Source: Candidatus Latescibacterota bacterium
Lineage (GTDB): Bacteria; Latescibacterota; UBA2968; GCA-2709665
DNA length: 64,000 nt
Assembly (NCBI GenBank): GCA_965237675.1
Contig: OZ250150.1
Span: forward strand, 608,001-672,000
Direction: 5' to 3'
Each line of letters opens with the position of its first letter. The first letter of the stretch is position 1. Both the position numbers and the translations under genes were made by a program. Under the pieces are notes generated by a model. That model was not told the origin of the DNA and searched no databases. It saw only the letters and a program-made list of their open reading frames with translations. Shown here one piece after another: positions 42,282-51,934 of the stretch.

Positions 42282-44087
42282 CTATTTCCCTTTACCGCCG
42301 CTGTTTCCACCTTCGGCAAAAATGACGCCGTTCCGTTTCCTGTTCACATTCAGTACAACGACCTGGCTTCCCGAAAGCACATAGTCCGTGGGAATTCGCG
42401 CCCTTTGTACAACTGTCTGCAGAACCTGTTTAACCGTATCCGACGAACGGGAAAACCGAAGCACCGAAAGCACCGAGTACGGAAGCCTTGACACTTCCCG
42501 CCCCTCAATCGTTACACCCTGCGCGCCGGACAGCAACTCAATGACCAATTCGTTGTTCCGGCCCGCTCGCCCCAAGAGACGGATGAGATGGTCCAGATCT
42601 CTGGCATTATATTCACCTGGCGCACGTTTGGCCTCCTGTTTTTCGTGGGCGGATGCGCTGGAAACGCGTAGAATCAGCCGGCCGCCAGGTGTTTGATTCG
42701 GAATGATCAGCGCCTCCTGAACTTGCTGCAGGCCTCCCCAATAGGGTCTTAAGGAAACCGTAACGCGCACCGTATCGCCAGGCTGGAACCGTGTCTTCTG
42801 CAGGCCAATCGACTTGATATGGGCGGTGTGCGCCCGCTCGGCTTCAACATTGAGGTCGAAGGTCACGCGTTCGATCTGAACCGGCTCGAACGGATTCCGG
42901 ATCAGCTTCGCAAGTGGCGTGGTGACCCCCAGCACGGCGCTTCCCAGCCCCAGCGGGCCGGCATAGACGTTTTCAACCTCCACGGATGGCCGCCCATGCA
43001 GTTCAATTCGCACACGGGACTTCACCGTTACCTCTCCCGTCAGCTTCTCGGACGAAACCATCGCGCTGAATACCGCCATCCTCACAAGAGTGGGGCTCAG
43101 ATCACGGTTTCGCAGGATCTCCATCTGGAACCGTTCCTGCTTGCCCGGGGAGCGCAAATTGATCTGCGCAGGCATCATGTCCACGTCCAGGCCGATGGCA
43201 CCCGCGATGCCCGGCGCACGATCCTGCACGATGGCGCCCATGGTTTCCCCGGCCACACCCAGCTTGAAGGACGCATATTGACTGGGCAACACCTCGTGAA
43301 TATAGGCTGCCGTCATCGGCAACGCCGTGGCGCCGCCAAAAATCATGGGATGTCCAAACCCGACCACCCGGTCTCCGTCGCGATGGGTCAGCGTTCCGAT
43401 TCCCGTCATGCTGAGATCGCCGCGAACCAGTTGCACGCCCAGCGCAGCCCCCGGTTCGAACGCACCGGCAGGCAGTCCCGGATCCATTCCACCGCCGCCC
43501 TGAACCGGCGTCCATCCCATCTTCGAGAACTCCTGTCGAAATTCAACCACCGCCTGCTGTGCGAAACCGGAGATCACAATCGGCAGGCTGATCGGCTTCA
43601 ACTCTGCAACATCCGTCCCGGTCAGATCGACCAGGCGGCGCGCGCCGATTTCCGTCAATCGGACACGCGAACGGACGCCCTGCAATGACGACGGACGATT
43701 GAACAAATCCACCATTTCCGCTATTGGCGTTATCCCGGCGATGGGCTCCTTGGCAAAAACGCCAATTCGATACGATACCGCACCAATCAGCTTTCCTTCG
43801 ATATAAACCGGACTGCCGCTCATCCCCAGGATGACCCCGGTATTCGACAGGGGGCCACCGGACAGCCGGGCGAGAATCAGGTCGCTACCGGGACCGATCG
43901 CGTTGTGCAGCACACCCAGAATTTCGACCTGAAACGTATCGATCCGCGTGCCCTGGAAGACCGTACGGCCGATACCCCGCATACCTCTGTGGAGTTCCTT
44001 CACGGGCATGGTGGCCACAGTCGCCCAGGAATTGCCGACAATTGCGCCCCACAACAGAGCCGGTAGCGTTATTTGCAGCAGGCGCAT
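42282..44087 (-). CDS. SpoIVB-like peptidase S55 domain protein
   Basis: Signal peptide; G.G.TVF.G, GMSGSPVY..GKLIGAV, GT.T and FGHP. Confidence 0.85.
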   Translation of the reverse strand: MRLLQITLPALLWGAIVGNSWATVATMPVKELHRGMRGIGRTVFQGTRIDTFQVEILGVLHNAIGPGSDLILARLSGGPLSNTGVILGMSGSPVYIEGKLIGAVSYRIGVFAKEPIAGITPIAEMVDLFNRPSSLQGVRSRVRLTEIGARRLVDLTGTDVAELKPISLPIVISGFAQQAVVEFRQEFSKMGWTPVQGGGGMDPGLPAGAFEPGAALGVQLVRGDLSMTGIGTLTHRDGDRVVGFGHPMIFGGATALPMTAAYIHEVLPSQYASFKLGVAGETMGAIVQDRAPGIAGAIGLDVDMMPAQINLRSPGKQERFQMEILRNRDLSPTLVRMAVFSAMVSSEKLTGEVTVKSRVRIELHGRPSVEVENVYAGPLGLGSAVLGVTTPLAKLIRNPFEPVQIERVTFDLNVEAERAHTAHIKSIGLQKTRFQPGDTVRVTVSLRPYWGGLQQVQEALIIPNQTPGGRLILRVSSASAHEKQEAKRAPGEYNARDLDHLIRLLGRAGRNNELVIELLSGAQGVTIEGREVSRLPYSVLSVLRFSRSSDTVKQVLQTVVQRARIPTDYVLSGSQVVVLNVNRKRNGVIFAEGGNSGGKGK

Positions 44088-44311
44088 CACTATGCAAACC
44101 CCTTTTCGAAAATTGGTGTGAGAGCCACGAAATTTACGGTGCGCCCTCAAAAAAGTCAAGCATTGCAGCGTCCTGTCTGCCGCGTCCTAAGTTCTTGCAG
44201 AACAATAACGGAACGATATCGATGGCGCAAATATAATACCGGTTTTCGGAGTGTGGAACAAGCCCCTTGTGCAAACCCGATCTTATTCTTATCATAATTC
44301 CATAGCGAATC

Positions 44312-44773
44312 ATGTTGCTGGCCGTTGGCAAATGCCGCAAGCCGTACCTGAGACAAGGCGTGTCGGACTATATCGAACGCATCCGGAGATACGCCAGCCT
44401 GGAGCAGATCGAACTGAGAGAGGACCGGGCCCCGAGGAAGGGCACTACGCCAGGTGACCGTGACAGAGAAGGCGAACGCATCCTCCGAAACCTGCCGGAG
44501 AACGCTTATGTCGTCGTCGTGGATCCGGCCGGAGATACCTGCAGTTCCGACGCACTCGCGCGGCGTATCCAGAAATTGCGTATTGAGGGTATGAGCCGAA
44601 TCGCGCTTGTCATTGGCGGACCCTGTGGCCTTGCCTCCCAGGTTATCCGGCGTGCCGACTGGCGCCTTTCGCTTTCTTCCTTCACCTTCCCGCACGAAAC
44701 CGCCCGTCTGGTTCTCCTGGAACAGATCCACAGGGCATTTACCATAATGCGCGGCGAACCGTATCACAAGTGA
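44312..44773 (+). CDS. rlmH: 23S rRNA pseudouridine-1915 N3-methyltransferase
   Basis: AVGK, IGGP.G, SLS..TFPH and EQI.RA.TI..G.PYHK. Confidence 0.95.
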   Translation: MLLAVGKCRKPYLRQGVSDYIERIRRYASLEQIELREDRAPRKGTTPGDRDREGERILRNLPENAYVVVVDPAGDTCSSDALARRIQKLRIEGMSRIALVIGGPCGLASQVIRRADWRLSLSSFTFPHETARLVLLEQIHRAFTIMRGEPYHK

Positions 44774-44841
44774 AGGCCAGCGCAGACAGACCCGTAACGA
44801 CGCGTGAAGGATTCAGGCCGTCCATATTCCGAAGCCCGTAG

Positions 44842-45086
44842 AAAAAAAAAGCCCGGAAAACAGGTCCATCCGACAGCCGTGGAGAGATGATTCCGCCACC
44901 GGAATCCGGCTGCCGCGAACGTCTCCTGTTTCCGGGCTTTTTAAATGCAGACAGAAGTGCCTGGATATGCAGTTTCGGGGGAATGGAAGGAACGTAGATC
45001 CGGCATCCACGGATAACGGCCGGAGGGGTATCGGCCCCACGGGTGCCGGAAGCGGGAAAGCTTCAATCGCAGGCGTTTTGAAAGCA
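44842..45086 (-). ncRNA. Candidate structured small RNA (~245 nt)
   Basis: Promoter upstream, several stems with G-U pairs valid only on this strand, closing stem followed by U9; 5' end estimated. Confidence 0.55.
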
Positions 45087-45091
45087 ATTGA

Positions 45092-45120
45092 AAGATAAGC
45101 CATTGTTTTTTTTTAGTCAA
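45092..45120 (-). promoter_or_regulatory. sigma70 promoter with no downstream CDS
   Basis: Minus strand TTGACT-N17-TATCTT; A9 run in the spacer; AT-rich upstream region. Confidence 0.65.
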
Positions 45121-45427
45121 GGGTAAGTTTGTCATAATATACTGTTTTACATCATCTTGTGGTCACCTACACGAAATATACCTTATATAGATTTTAACGC
45201 AGCGAACCCTCCGGAACCGCAAATCGCGGCGCCGGGTGCGAGGGTATTCCCGGAATCGATAGCGATATCGCCCCTTCCCTCGACACTCTCTTCTCTTACG
45301 ACTTCGAAAATACGTCCCTGTCCGATATCACCACGGTCATCGAGGAGGCCGGAGGGCACAACCTCCGGCGTAGCCAGATACTTCTGGACAGGCTCCCGTT
45401 TCGACGCTATCTTCGATGTTCGCGGCT

Positions 45428-45598
45428 CGCGTCCTGTCCCGGAAATATGTCACCATGCCTCCCTGTCTGCGTGCGTGAGACTCAGCGCACAGGCAGGCGC
45501 CGGTTCACCCCGTCTCGCTGCGTTGCTTGCGCTGAGCTTGTCGAAGTGCCCTCGCTCGCCGGCAGAATTTCGGCGATCTATTTCCGGTACAGAACACC
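45428..45598 (-). repeat. MITE-like dispersed repeat, inverted orientation
   Basis: Reverse complement matches the 28643 copy with an internal deletion. Confidence 0.88.
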
Positions 45599-45656
45599 AG
45601 GAATCAGGTCCGTACAGATCGAACCCACACGCTTTCAGTGTCGACGCAATTATCGT

Positions 45657-47009
45657 ATGCCACATACCCTTACCATTACCCAGGCCAGCGCGGAAATTCG
45701 GGCAGGCCGTCTTGCTCCCCTGGAGCTTCTACGCGCCTGTTTTTCACAAATCGATGCCCTCGACGGACGCCTGCACGCCTGGGTCAGCGTCGACCGGGAA
45801 GGCGCCGAGCGTAGCGCCCGCCGTCTTCAGGAGGAACTTGCCCACGGTCGGTACCGCGGTCCCCTGCACGGAATACCGGTGGGGATCAAGGACATCATAA
45901 ACACGAAAGGTTTACCTACCGCCGCAGGAGCAAAACACCTTTACAATCTGTTACCGAAAGAAGATGCAACGGTGGTTGCCCGCCTTCGCCGCTCCGGTGC
46001 GGTCATCCCCGGCAAGACGGTTACCACGCCTTTCGCATGCTTCGATCCAGCCGAAACCAGAAACCCATGGAACCCGGTCCATACGCCCGGCGGCTCCAGC
46101 AGCGGGTCCGCCGCCGCCGTCGCGGCGCGCATGTGCCCCGCGGCCCTCGGGTCTCAGACCGGAGGTTCCATCAGCCGTCCTGCCGCGTACTGCGGCCTTG
46201 TGGGCCTCAAACCCACCTTTGGCAGGATCAGCCTGCACGGGATCCTGCCCGTCAGCTACAATCTGGACCATCCCGGTCCGATCACGCGCTCAGTCGCCGA
46301 CGCAGCCGTCATCCTCGAGAGCCTGGCCGGCAAAGATCCGCTGGATCCGCTCAGCGCCGACGTTCCCATCGGCAAATGCCGGATCGAGCCGTTGACCCGT
46401 CCGCCCCGCATCGGTATCATCCGGACATACTTCGTTGAAAACGCCGACGAAACCATGCGTGCCGCGACCAACGACACCGCAAAGCGTCTCGACTCCGCCG
46501 GCGCAGAAATCAAGGATGTGCGCCTGCCCGAATCCTTTGCCGAATTGCACGACAATCACGCCCTCCTGCTCGCCGTCGGCGCCGCGGCCGTTCACAGGGA
46601 AAGATATGACGCTCACGCCGACCGTTTTCCGCCAGGTCTACGCGATATCATGGAAAAAGGTCTCGCCGCCACGGCCGTCGATTTCGCCGAGGCCCGACGC
46701 CACCAGATTGCATTCAGATCGGAGGTTCTCGCTGCTTTCAAAGGCGTGGACCTGCTCCTCACCCCCGCAACGCCCACACCGGCGCCATCAGGCCTGGCAT
46801 CCACCGGCAACCCGGCCTTCAACAGCCCCTGGAGCTACGCCGGCCTGCCCACGATCGTGCTGCCTGTCACATCTACCCCCGGCGGCCTGCCCGCCGGTAT
46901 CCAGCTCATTGCTCGCCCCTTCGCCGAAACCCGCCTTCTCTCTATCTCCGCCTGGTGCGAATCCCTCCTTGAATGGACCCGCACCCCATCGATTCTTTGT
47001 GGCAATTAG
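45657..47009 (+). CDS. Amidase signature family protein
   Basis: GPLHGIPVGIKD, GGSSSGSAAAVA and GSQTGGSI.RPA. Confidence 0.93.
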   Translation: MPHTLTITQASAEIRAGRLAPLELLRACFSQIDALDGRLHAWVSVDREGAERSARRLQEELAHGRYRGPLHGIPVGIKDIINTKGLPTAAGAKHLYNLLPKEDATVVARLRRSGAVIPGKTVTTPFACFDPAETRNPWNPVHTPGGSSSGSAAAVAARMCPAALGSQTGGSISRPAAYCGLVGLKPTFGRISLHGILPVSYNLDHPGPITRSVADAAVILESLAGKDPLDPLSADVPIGKCRIEPLTRPPRIGIIRTYFVENADETMRAATNDTAKRLDSAGAEIKDVRLPESFAELHDNHALLLAVGAAAVHRERYDAHADRFPPGLRDIMEKGLAATAVDFAEARRHQIAFRSEVLAAFKGVDLLLTPATPTPAPSGLASTGNPAFNSPWSYAGLPTIVLPVTSTPGGLPAGIQLIARPFAETRLLSISAWCESLLEWTRTPSILCGN

Positions 47010-47013
47010 AACG

Positions 47014-48231
47014 ATGTATCCATATCGGACCCTCACGCATCTCACGTGGTTGACGCTCGTTTTTCATCTTTTCGGCATCGCCCACGCTTCCCGTGCGAAT
47101 GTCCCCAGGCAGGATGCGGTCCGCCTCGGGATCGACCATATGCTAAACGAACGTTTCGACCTCTCCCACTCCATATTCGATTCCCTTATCGCCGTGGAAC
47201 CCGACCGTCCCGAAGGTTTTCTGGGTAAAGCCCTGACTTACTGGAACGCCAGCATGCTTCTCGCGGACGGCGAACGGTTTGCCGACCGTGTAGACCACCT
47301 GACAGGGCGCGCCATCAAGATTGCCGAACGGACGCTCAAGACCGACAATGACAACGCGGAAATGGTCTTCCTTCTCGGAAAAGCCTATGGCCTGCGCGCG
47401 GGCCTGGCGCTCATCCATGGCAGCCCGATAGACGGTGTACTCCACGGCCTGAAATGCCGCGACTACCTCAAGGAAACCATCCGCCTGGATCCGAACCATG
47501 CAGATGCCTATTTCGGGCTGGGCCTCGCAGACTATGTCGCCGCTCGCCAGCCACGTTTCCTCAGGATGGTAAGCCGGCTCCTTTCGCTTCCCGACGGTAA
47601 CCGGAAACGTGGCCTCGCACGCCTGGAACGGGTTGCCCGGGATGGCATCTACACCCAGCGTCATGCAGTCTCCAGCCGTGCGTACATCGCCCTCTATTAC
47701 GAGAAAGACTACGGAGACGCCCGCTCCCGTTTCGCGGACCTGCACAGGCGCTACCCTCACAGCCTGGACTACCGTATCCGTTACCTGGACGCGCTATTCG
47801 GACTCACCATCCAGGGCAGGCAGGATCACCGGCGGGCCCTGATCGACTCCGCGCGATCCATCCGTCGCATGGCGAAGACGCGCAACTGGGATCTGAACCG
47901 CTGGTCGCGCACCAAGCTGGATTTTATCGAAGGCTTTGGTCACTACCTCTCCGGAAACGTGGAAGCCACAAAAAAACATCTCGAAATCTACATACGCGAA
48001 GCCACAAAAAAAAGCTGGCTGCTTGGCCCCGCACATCTCATCCTGGGCAAACTGGCCGACCTGCGAAACGACCGTGAAATTGCAATCCGCCATTACCGCC
48101 GCGCGCGAAACCATGAAGACGTATGGGGCGTCCACGTCGAAGCGGACACCTATCTTCGGCTTCCGTTTACCGGAGAAGAGCCCGTCCGGCGACCGCCGGA
48201 CACGGTCCGTCGTTATCCGGAGAAACCCTGA
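47014..48231 (+). CDS. Exported TPR-repeat protein
   Basis: Signal-peptide-like N-terminus; TPR-like helices such as LDPNHADAYFGLG. Confidence 0.75.
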   Translation: MYPYRTLTHLTWLTLVFHLFGIAHASRANVPRQDAVRLGIDHMLNERFDLSHSIFDSLIAVEPDRPEGFLGKALTYWNASMLLADGERFADRVDHLTGRAIKIAERTLKTDNDNAEMVFLLGKAYGLRAGLALIHGSPIDGVLHGLKCRDYLKETIRLDPNHADAYFGLGLADYVAARQPRFLRMVSRLLSLPDGNRKRGLARLERVARDGIYTQRHAVSSRAYIALYYEKDYGDARSRFADLHRRYPHSLDYRIRYLDALFGLTIQGRQDHRRALIDSARSIRRMAKTRNWDLNRWSRTKLDFIEGFGHYLSGNVEATKKHLEIYIREATKKSWLLGPAHLILGKLADLRNDREIAIRHYRRARNHEDVWGVHVEADTYLRLPFTGEEPVRRPPDTVRRYPEKP

Positions 48232-48450
48232 AGCGGGTCGCGCGCCTGGAATCACAGAGCCCCTCACACACCGCGGAAGCCCCGAAAACCCGGCCATCGC
48301 CCGCAGACGGCGCGTCGGATCGCGCCACAGCGATCGCACTGGCAGCCGGTTTCCAATGCCTTCCACGGATTTTCTTCTGGCTCGCCAGGTATTCGATCAA
48401 TTCCGGCTGTTAAACCTTGACGCCACTTCTGGAATACGCGTTATTTTATC

Positions 48451-48525
48451 GGATGGATCGTAGTGACGTGTCTATGGATGGATCGTAGTGACGTGTCTAT
48501 GAATGGATCGTAGTGACGTGTCTAT
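48451..48525. repeat. 3 x 25-bp tandem direct repeat
   Basis: G(G/A)ATGGATCGTAGTGACGTGTCTAT at 48451, 48476 and 48501, no spacers. Confidence 0.95.
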
Positions 48526-48617
48526 GATGGGACGATCAGCGGAATGACGGCTTGTCAAAAAAACAGCCGTGTTCCCGATAATGAACATGCCCGAATCTCT
48601 TCTTTCAGGGAAAGGTT

Positions 48618-49424
48618 ATGGCGTTCGCGTCCTCAAATTCCCTGCGCCATCAAAGACTCGGTTTTACCCGGGAGCGTATCCACTATCCCGCGCCTTCGTC
48701 CCGGCCATGGATCGTCCCCACCGTGGTACGTTTCAAGAACCCGGACGTAGACCTGAAGCTGCACTACCTGAAAATCATTCGCGTTTCCGTAGTCCTCTCT
48801 TCAATACTCCTCGCTCTTTTGTGCCTCGTCTTTCCGACGTTTGAATTTCGCAGCTATTCAGCCTATCCCGCGCCGATTATCATCACGCTCGAAGATATCC
48901 CTGAAACCTATCAGGCGCCAAAACCCGAAACCGAAGATGTGATTTTGGGCTCAGGCGACCTGGATGGCATGGCCGTCGTTGACACCGTCGAAGGAGAGGA
49001 ATCGGACATCGACTTTCTCGCCAACCTCCATATCGATGACACGCTCGGCGATATGGATCGGACGCTTGACGAGGATGCCGTGGAATTCTGGGCTGTTTCA
49101 AAAGAACCGGTACTCGTACGTGAGGTGCTGCCCATCTACCCCAAAATCGCCCACGAGTCCGGCCTCGAAGGGGCTGTCTTCGTCAAATTCGCCGTTGGCA
49201 CGGACGGACGGGTCAAAGAAGCCTCGATTCTGAAGGGTCCCAGGATATTTCACGCATCCGCCCTGGAAGCCGTCTACCAATTTATCTTCAAACCAGCTCT
49301 TCAAAACGACAAGCCTGTCGCGGTCTGGATGACGCTCCCCATACGTTTCCGCCTTGTTGACAACCCGCTTGAACCCCGGCCCCTGCAGGTATTCGAAACG
49401 CCATCGGTGCGCATTTCGCATTGA
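48618..49424 (+). CDS. Energy transducer TonB family protein
   Basis: TM anchor, acidic linker, P.YP..A...G.EG.V.VKF and F.PA....PV; start uncertain. Confidence 0.85.
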   Translation: MAFASSNSLRHQRLGFTRERIHYPAPSSRPWIVPTVVRFKNPDVDLKLHYLKIIRVSVVLSSILLALLCLVFPTFEFRSYSAYPAPIIITLEDIPETYQAPKPETEDVILGSGDLDGMAVVDTVEGEESDIDFLANLHIDDTLGDMDRTLDEDAVEFWAVSKEPVLVREVLPIYPKIAHESGLEGAVFVKFAVGTDGRVKEASILKGPRIFHASALEAVYQFIFKPALQNDKPVAVWMTLPIRFRLVDNPLEPRPLQVFETPSVRISH

Positions 49425-49443
49425 ACGCGCCAATTCCTCTATT

Positions 49444-50442
49444 CTACTCCTCCCGATCAATCGCGCCGCCGGAATAAGTCACTTCCTTTAAACGACCCTG
49501 TTCGTCCAGCCGAACCAGCAGGGTAAAAGCTCGCCTGTTCAGAAATTGCGGATTGTGATCCAGCGCCATCCGCAAGGCAAGCGAACCCAGCCAACCCAGG
49601 CCGTCGGCCCGAATCGCAAACCGCAGATCGTGAAGTAGAAACTTTCGTCCACTCTCCCCGGACTCCGCCACCGCCGGGAATCGTGCGAACCAGCGATAGA
49701 TCTGCCCGTCCCGCCGTTCCCACACACGTTCCAGACGGGGCTCCGAAAGCGCCGACCGGTATGTTTTCGGCGTCCCGGCAACCCCTGAAAACAAAGACAC
49801 GGGCACGTCGTACCATTCTTCCTCACTGGATGCGATTCCCCGCCGGTGCAGAGGAGAGAAGGGCACCGGAACCGCAGCGACGGCCTTCAGGCCCCTTTCT
49901 GTTGCCCAGCGGTCCAGATAAACGCAGGAAATAGTCGAAACGCCAATATTGAGCGCCATATAGGCGGCAAGCGCCATCGCGCCCAAACGGTACCCGCTGG
50001 TTCCCCTTCCCTTCCACCCGAGAATCAGCCCGCCGATCAGAATCAGATCCAGGTACGGGTCGATAATGAACAGCACGTCAAATAACGCCCGATACCTGGA
50101 AAATGGCATAAAGATCATCGTCCCATAGGAAGTCACCAGGTCGAACAGAATATGCAGCGACAGACCAAACAGGGCGACGGCATATAGCTTTGCAAGCGGG
50201 ACTTCCTTGAGTATGAAACACCGGACAACCCATGCCACGGCGAGGGCGCCAATCGCGACGCCGAAAAACGAATGTGTCATCCCCCGGTGCGTTTGCAGGC
50301 TGTCGAGCGCGTCGCTCGAAAAGAACACATCCACATCCGGCAATACACTGGTGAGGGTAACCAGATTCACATACCCCCGGTTCTGCGGCCATACGGATCT
50401 TGCAACGAGCCTGCCAACCAGGCCGTGCGTCGGGGTATCCAT
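49444..50442 (-). CDS. Membrane-bound metal-dependent hydrolase (YdjM-like)
   Basis: MD..TH, LPD.D, HRG.THS, H...D..TSYGT and IIDP. Confidence 0.88.
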   Translation of the reverse strand: MDTPTHGLVGRLVARSVWPQNRGYVNLVTLTSVLPDVDVFFSSDALDSLQTHRGMTHSFFGVAIGALAVAWVVRCFILKEVPLAKLYAVALFGLSLHILFDLVTSYGTMIFMPFSRYRALFDVLFIIDPYLDLILIGGLILGWKGRGTSGYRLGAMALAAYMALNIGVSTISCVYLDRWATERGLKAVAAVPVPFSPLHRRGIASSEEEWYDVPVSLFSGVAGTPKTYRSALSEPRLERVWERRDGQIYRWFARFPAVAESGESGRKFLLHDLRFAIRADGLGWLGSLALRMALDHNPQFLNRRAFTLLVRLDEQGRLKEVTYSGGAIDREE

Positions 50443-50631
50443 CCCGTTTGCCTTTGCTTCCGAAAGGAATGAAGCGGAAATCGGCGGCGGCGTTCCCTCG
50501 TCTCAAGGTCCAGCCGCGCGGCACCGGTCTGCGACTTGCCGTACGCATTGAATATACCCAATGCCCGGGCGGAATCAACCCCGCGAAAACGCAGCTTGAC
50601 AACGCGGGTTCCGGCGATGTAACATAGGTCC

Positions 50632-50720
50632 AGACGGGATGAACCCGCGCCTGCCTGTGCGTGCAGCCTCTCGCACGCAGACAGGGAAAAATGGTGACAT
50701 ATTTCCGGGACAGGACGCTA
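50632..50720 (+). repeat. Right half of the MITE-like repeat
   Basis: AGACGGGATGAA...CCTGCCTGTGCGTGC...GCACGCAGACAGG...ATGGTGACATATTTCCGGGACAGGACGCTA. Confidence 0.85.
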
Positions 50721-50764
50721 ATTTCCCTTTCTTTGCACGGAAGGGTTGATGGGGGGTTGAAAAT

Positions 50765-51496
50765 ATGTCCAGGCTTGAAGGTAAAGTCGCGTTGGTAACC
50801 GGCGGAAATCAGGGTATCGGGAAGGGAATCGCGCGGGCACTGGCCAAAGAGGGCGCGAACCTGGTGTTGACGGCCCGAACGGTGGAGACACTGGAATCGG
50901 CGGCGAAAGAGATCCGTGCGGAAGGCGTGGAGGCGCTGGTGGCGCCCGCGGACGTCACCGACGAAACGCAGGTGGAGGCCGTGTTCGCGCAAACGATGCA
51001 ACGGTTCGGAAGGGTGGATATACTTGTGAATAACGCGGCGGCGTTCGACGGGGGACCCATCGACAAGCTTTCCGCATCCGCCTGGGATTGGGCAATGGCG
51101 GTGAATCTGCGCGGACCCTTTCTGTGTACGCGGGCGGCGTTTCGCATCATGAAAGAACAGGGCGGCGGCCGGATAATAAATATAGGCAGCATTTCCGCGC
51201 AGCGGGTCCGTCCGAATTCCGCACCCTACAGCACGAGCAAATTCGGCATCACGGGCCTGACGCACGCCACGGCGCTGGACGGCCGGGACTACGGTATCGT
51301 TTGCTCATGCCTGCACCCCGGCAATACGCTGGTGGAACGTCGCCAGGTATCCGACGCGCCCACGGACGAGGAACCGATGATGACGGTGGATGAATTGGCG
51401 CAGGCCGCGGTCACCATGGCCACACTGCCGCTCCACGTCAACATGCTGGAGGCAATCGTGCTGCCCGTGGGGCAGCTATACGTTGGAAGAGGATGA
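50765..51496 (+). CDS. SDR-family oxidoreductase
   Basis: TGGNQGIG, LVNNA and YSTSK. Confidence 0.92.
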   Translation: MSRLEGKVALVTGGNQGIGKGIARALAKEGANLVLTARTVETLESAAKEIRAEGVEALVAPADVTDETQVEAVFAQTMQRFGRVDILVNNAAAFDGGPIDKLSASAWDWAMAVNLRGPFLCTRAAFRIMKEQGGGRIINIGSISAQRVRPNSAPYSTSKFGITGLTHATALDGRDYGIVCSCLHPGNTLVERRQVSDAPTDEEPMMTVDELAQAAVTMATLPLHVNMLEAIVLPVGQLYVGRG

Positions 51497-51660
51497 AGGG
51501 TTACCGGCAATGTTCGAGGCCTATATGGTTCCGATTTCCAGGTGCAGGCGACAGGCGATCGTCGGAATGGGAAACGGCTTAACGGAGAACTGAATGCGCG
51601 TGAATTAAGGCCAGGTTCAAGGATCGGCGCGGCCAGTTTTTTTTGGATCGAGAAATTTTC

Positions 51661-51689
51661 TTGACACTCGGTATATGATTGTTTAATGT
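51661..51689 (+). promoter_or_regulatory. sigma70 promoter of the aromatic amino acid operon
   Basis: TTGACA-N17-TAATGT. Confidence 0.7.
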
Positions 51690-51774
51690 TACACCGTTCC
51701 TGTCGTAGCGGCTTTTCGCCGGAACCTGGCACCGGTACGAGGCGAACAGATGCCTTGATCAAAGGGGATCGAAC

Positions 51775-51879
51775 GTGACGGAACATGGTCGGAACGGGTT
51801 TTCCTGGCGTGGATATTTTTATCGCTCCTACCGGTGGTATTACCGGAAGGTCGCAGAAGGTGATGTCTGCCCACGCTAG
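51775..51879 (+). CDS. Aromatic amino acid leader peptide (34 aa; 2 Trp, 5 Tyr, 2 Phe)
   Basis: AAAGGGG RBS 7 nt before GTG; MTEHGRNGFSWRGYFYRSYRWYYRKVAEGDVCPR-TAG; not in the ORF track. Confidence 0.8.
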   Translation: MTEHGRNGFSWRGYFYRSYRWYYRKVAEGDVCPR

Positions 51880-51904
51880 TAAACCGTTGACAGAGCCGGA
51901 AACT

Positions 51905-51934
51905 GAGCCGTGGGCATCTGCTCACGGTTTTTTT
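51905..51934 (+). terminator. Attenuator terminator upstream of trpE
   Basis: GAGCCGTGGGC-ATCT-GCTCACGG then T7; 5' arm complementary to TGCCCACG at 51868-51875. Confidence 0.85.

Noticed and set aside
44756-44773. rlmH 3' end resembling the SCCmec attB site
   Set aside because: Reflects conserved coding sequence; no recombinase gene or second att copy seen.
45157-45656. N-terminal extension of the amidase ORF and overlapping ORFs
   Set aside because: They translate through the MITE-like repeat; similar peptide text recurs at other copies.
48451-48525. CRISPR array
   Set aside because: Repeats are contiguous with no spacers, and there are no cas genes.
51690-51934. T-box riboswitch upstream of trpE (GGTGGTATTACC)
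   Set aside because: Does not match the GGTGGNACC T-box spacing, no recognisable stem I, and the uORF attenuator explains the structure better.
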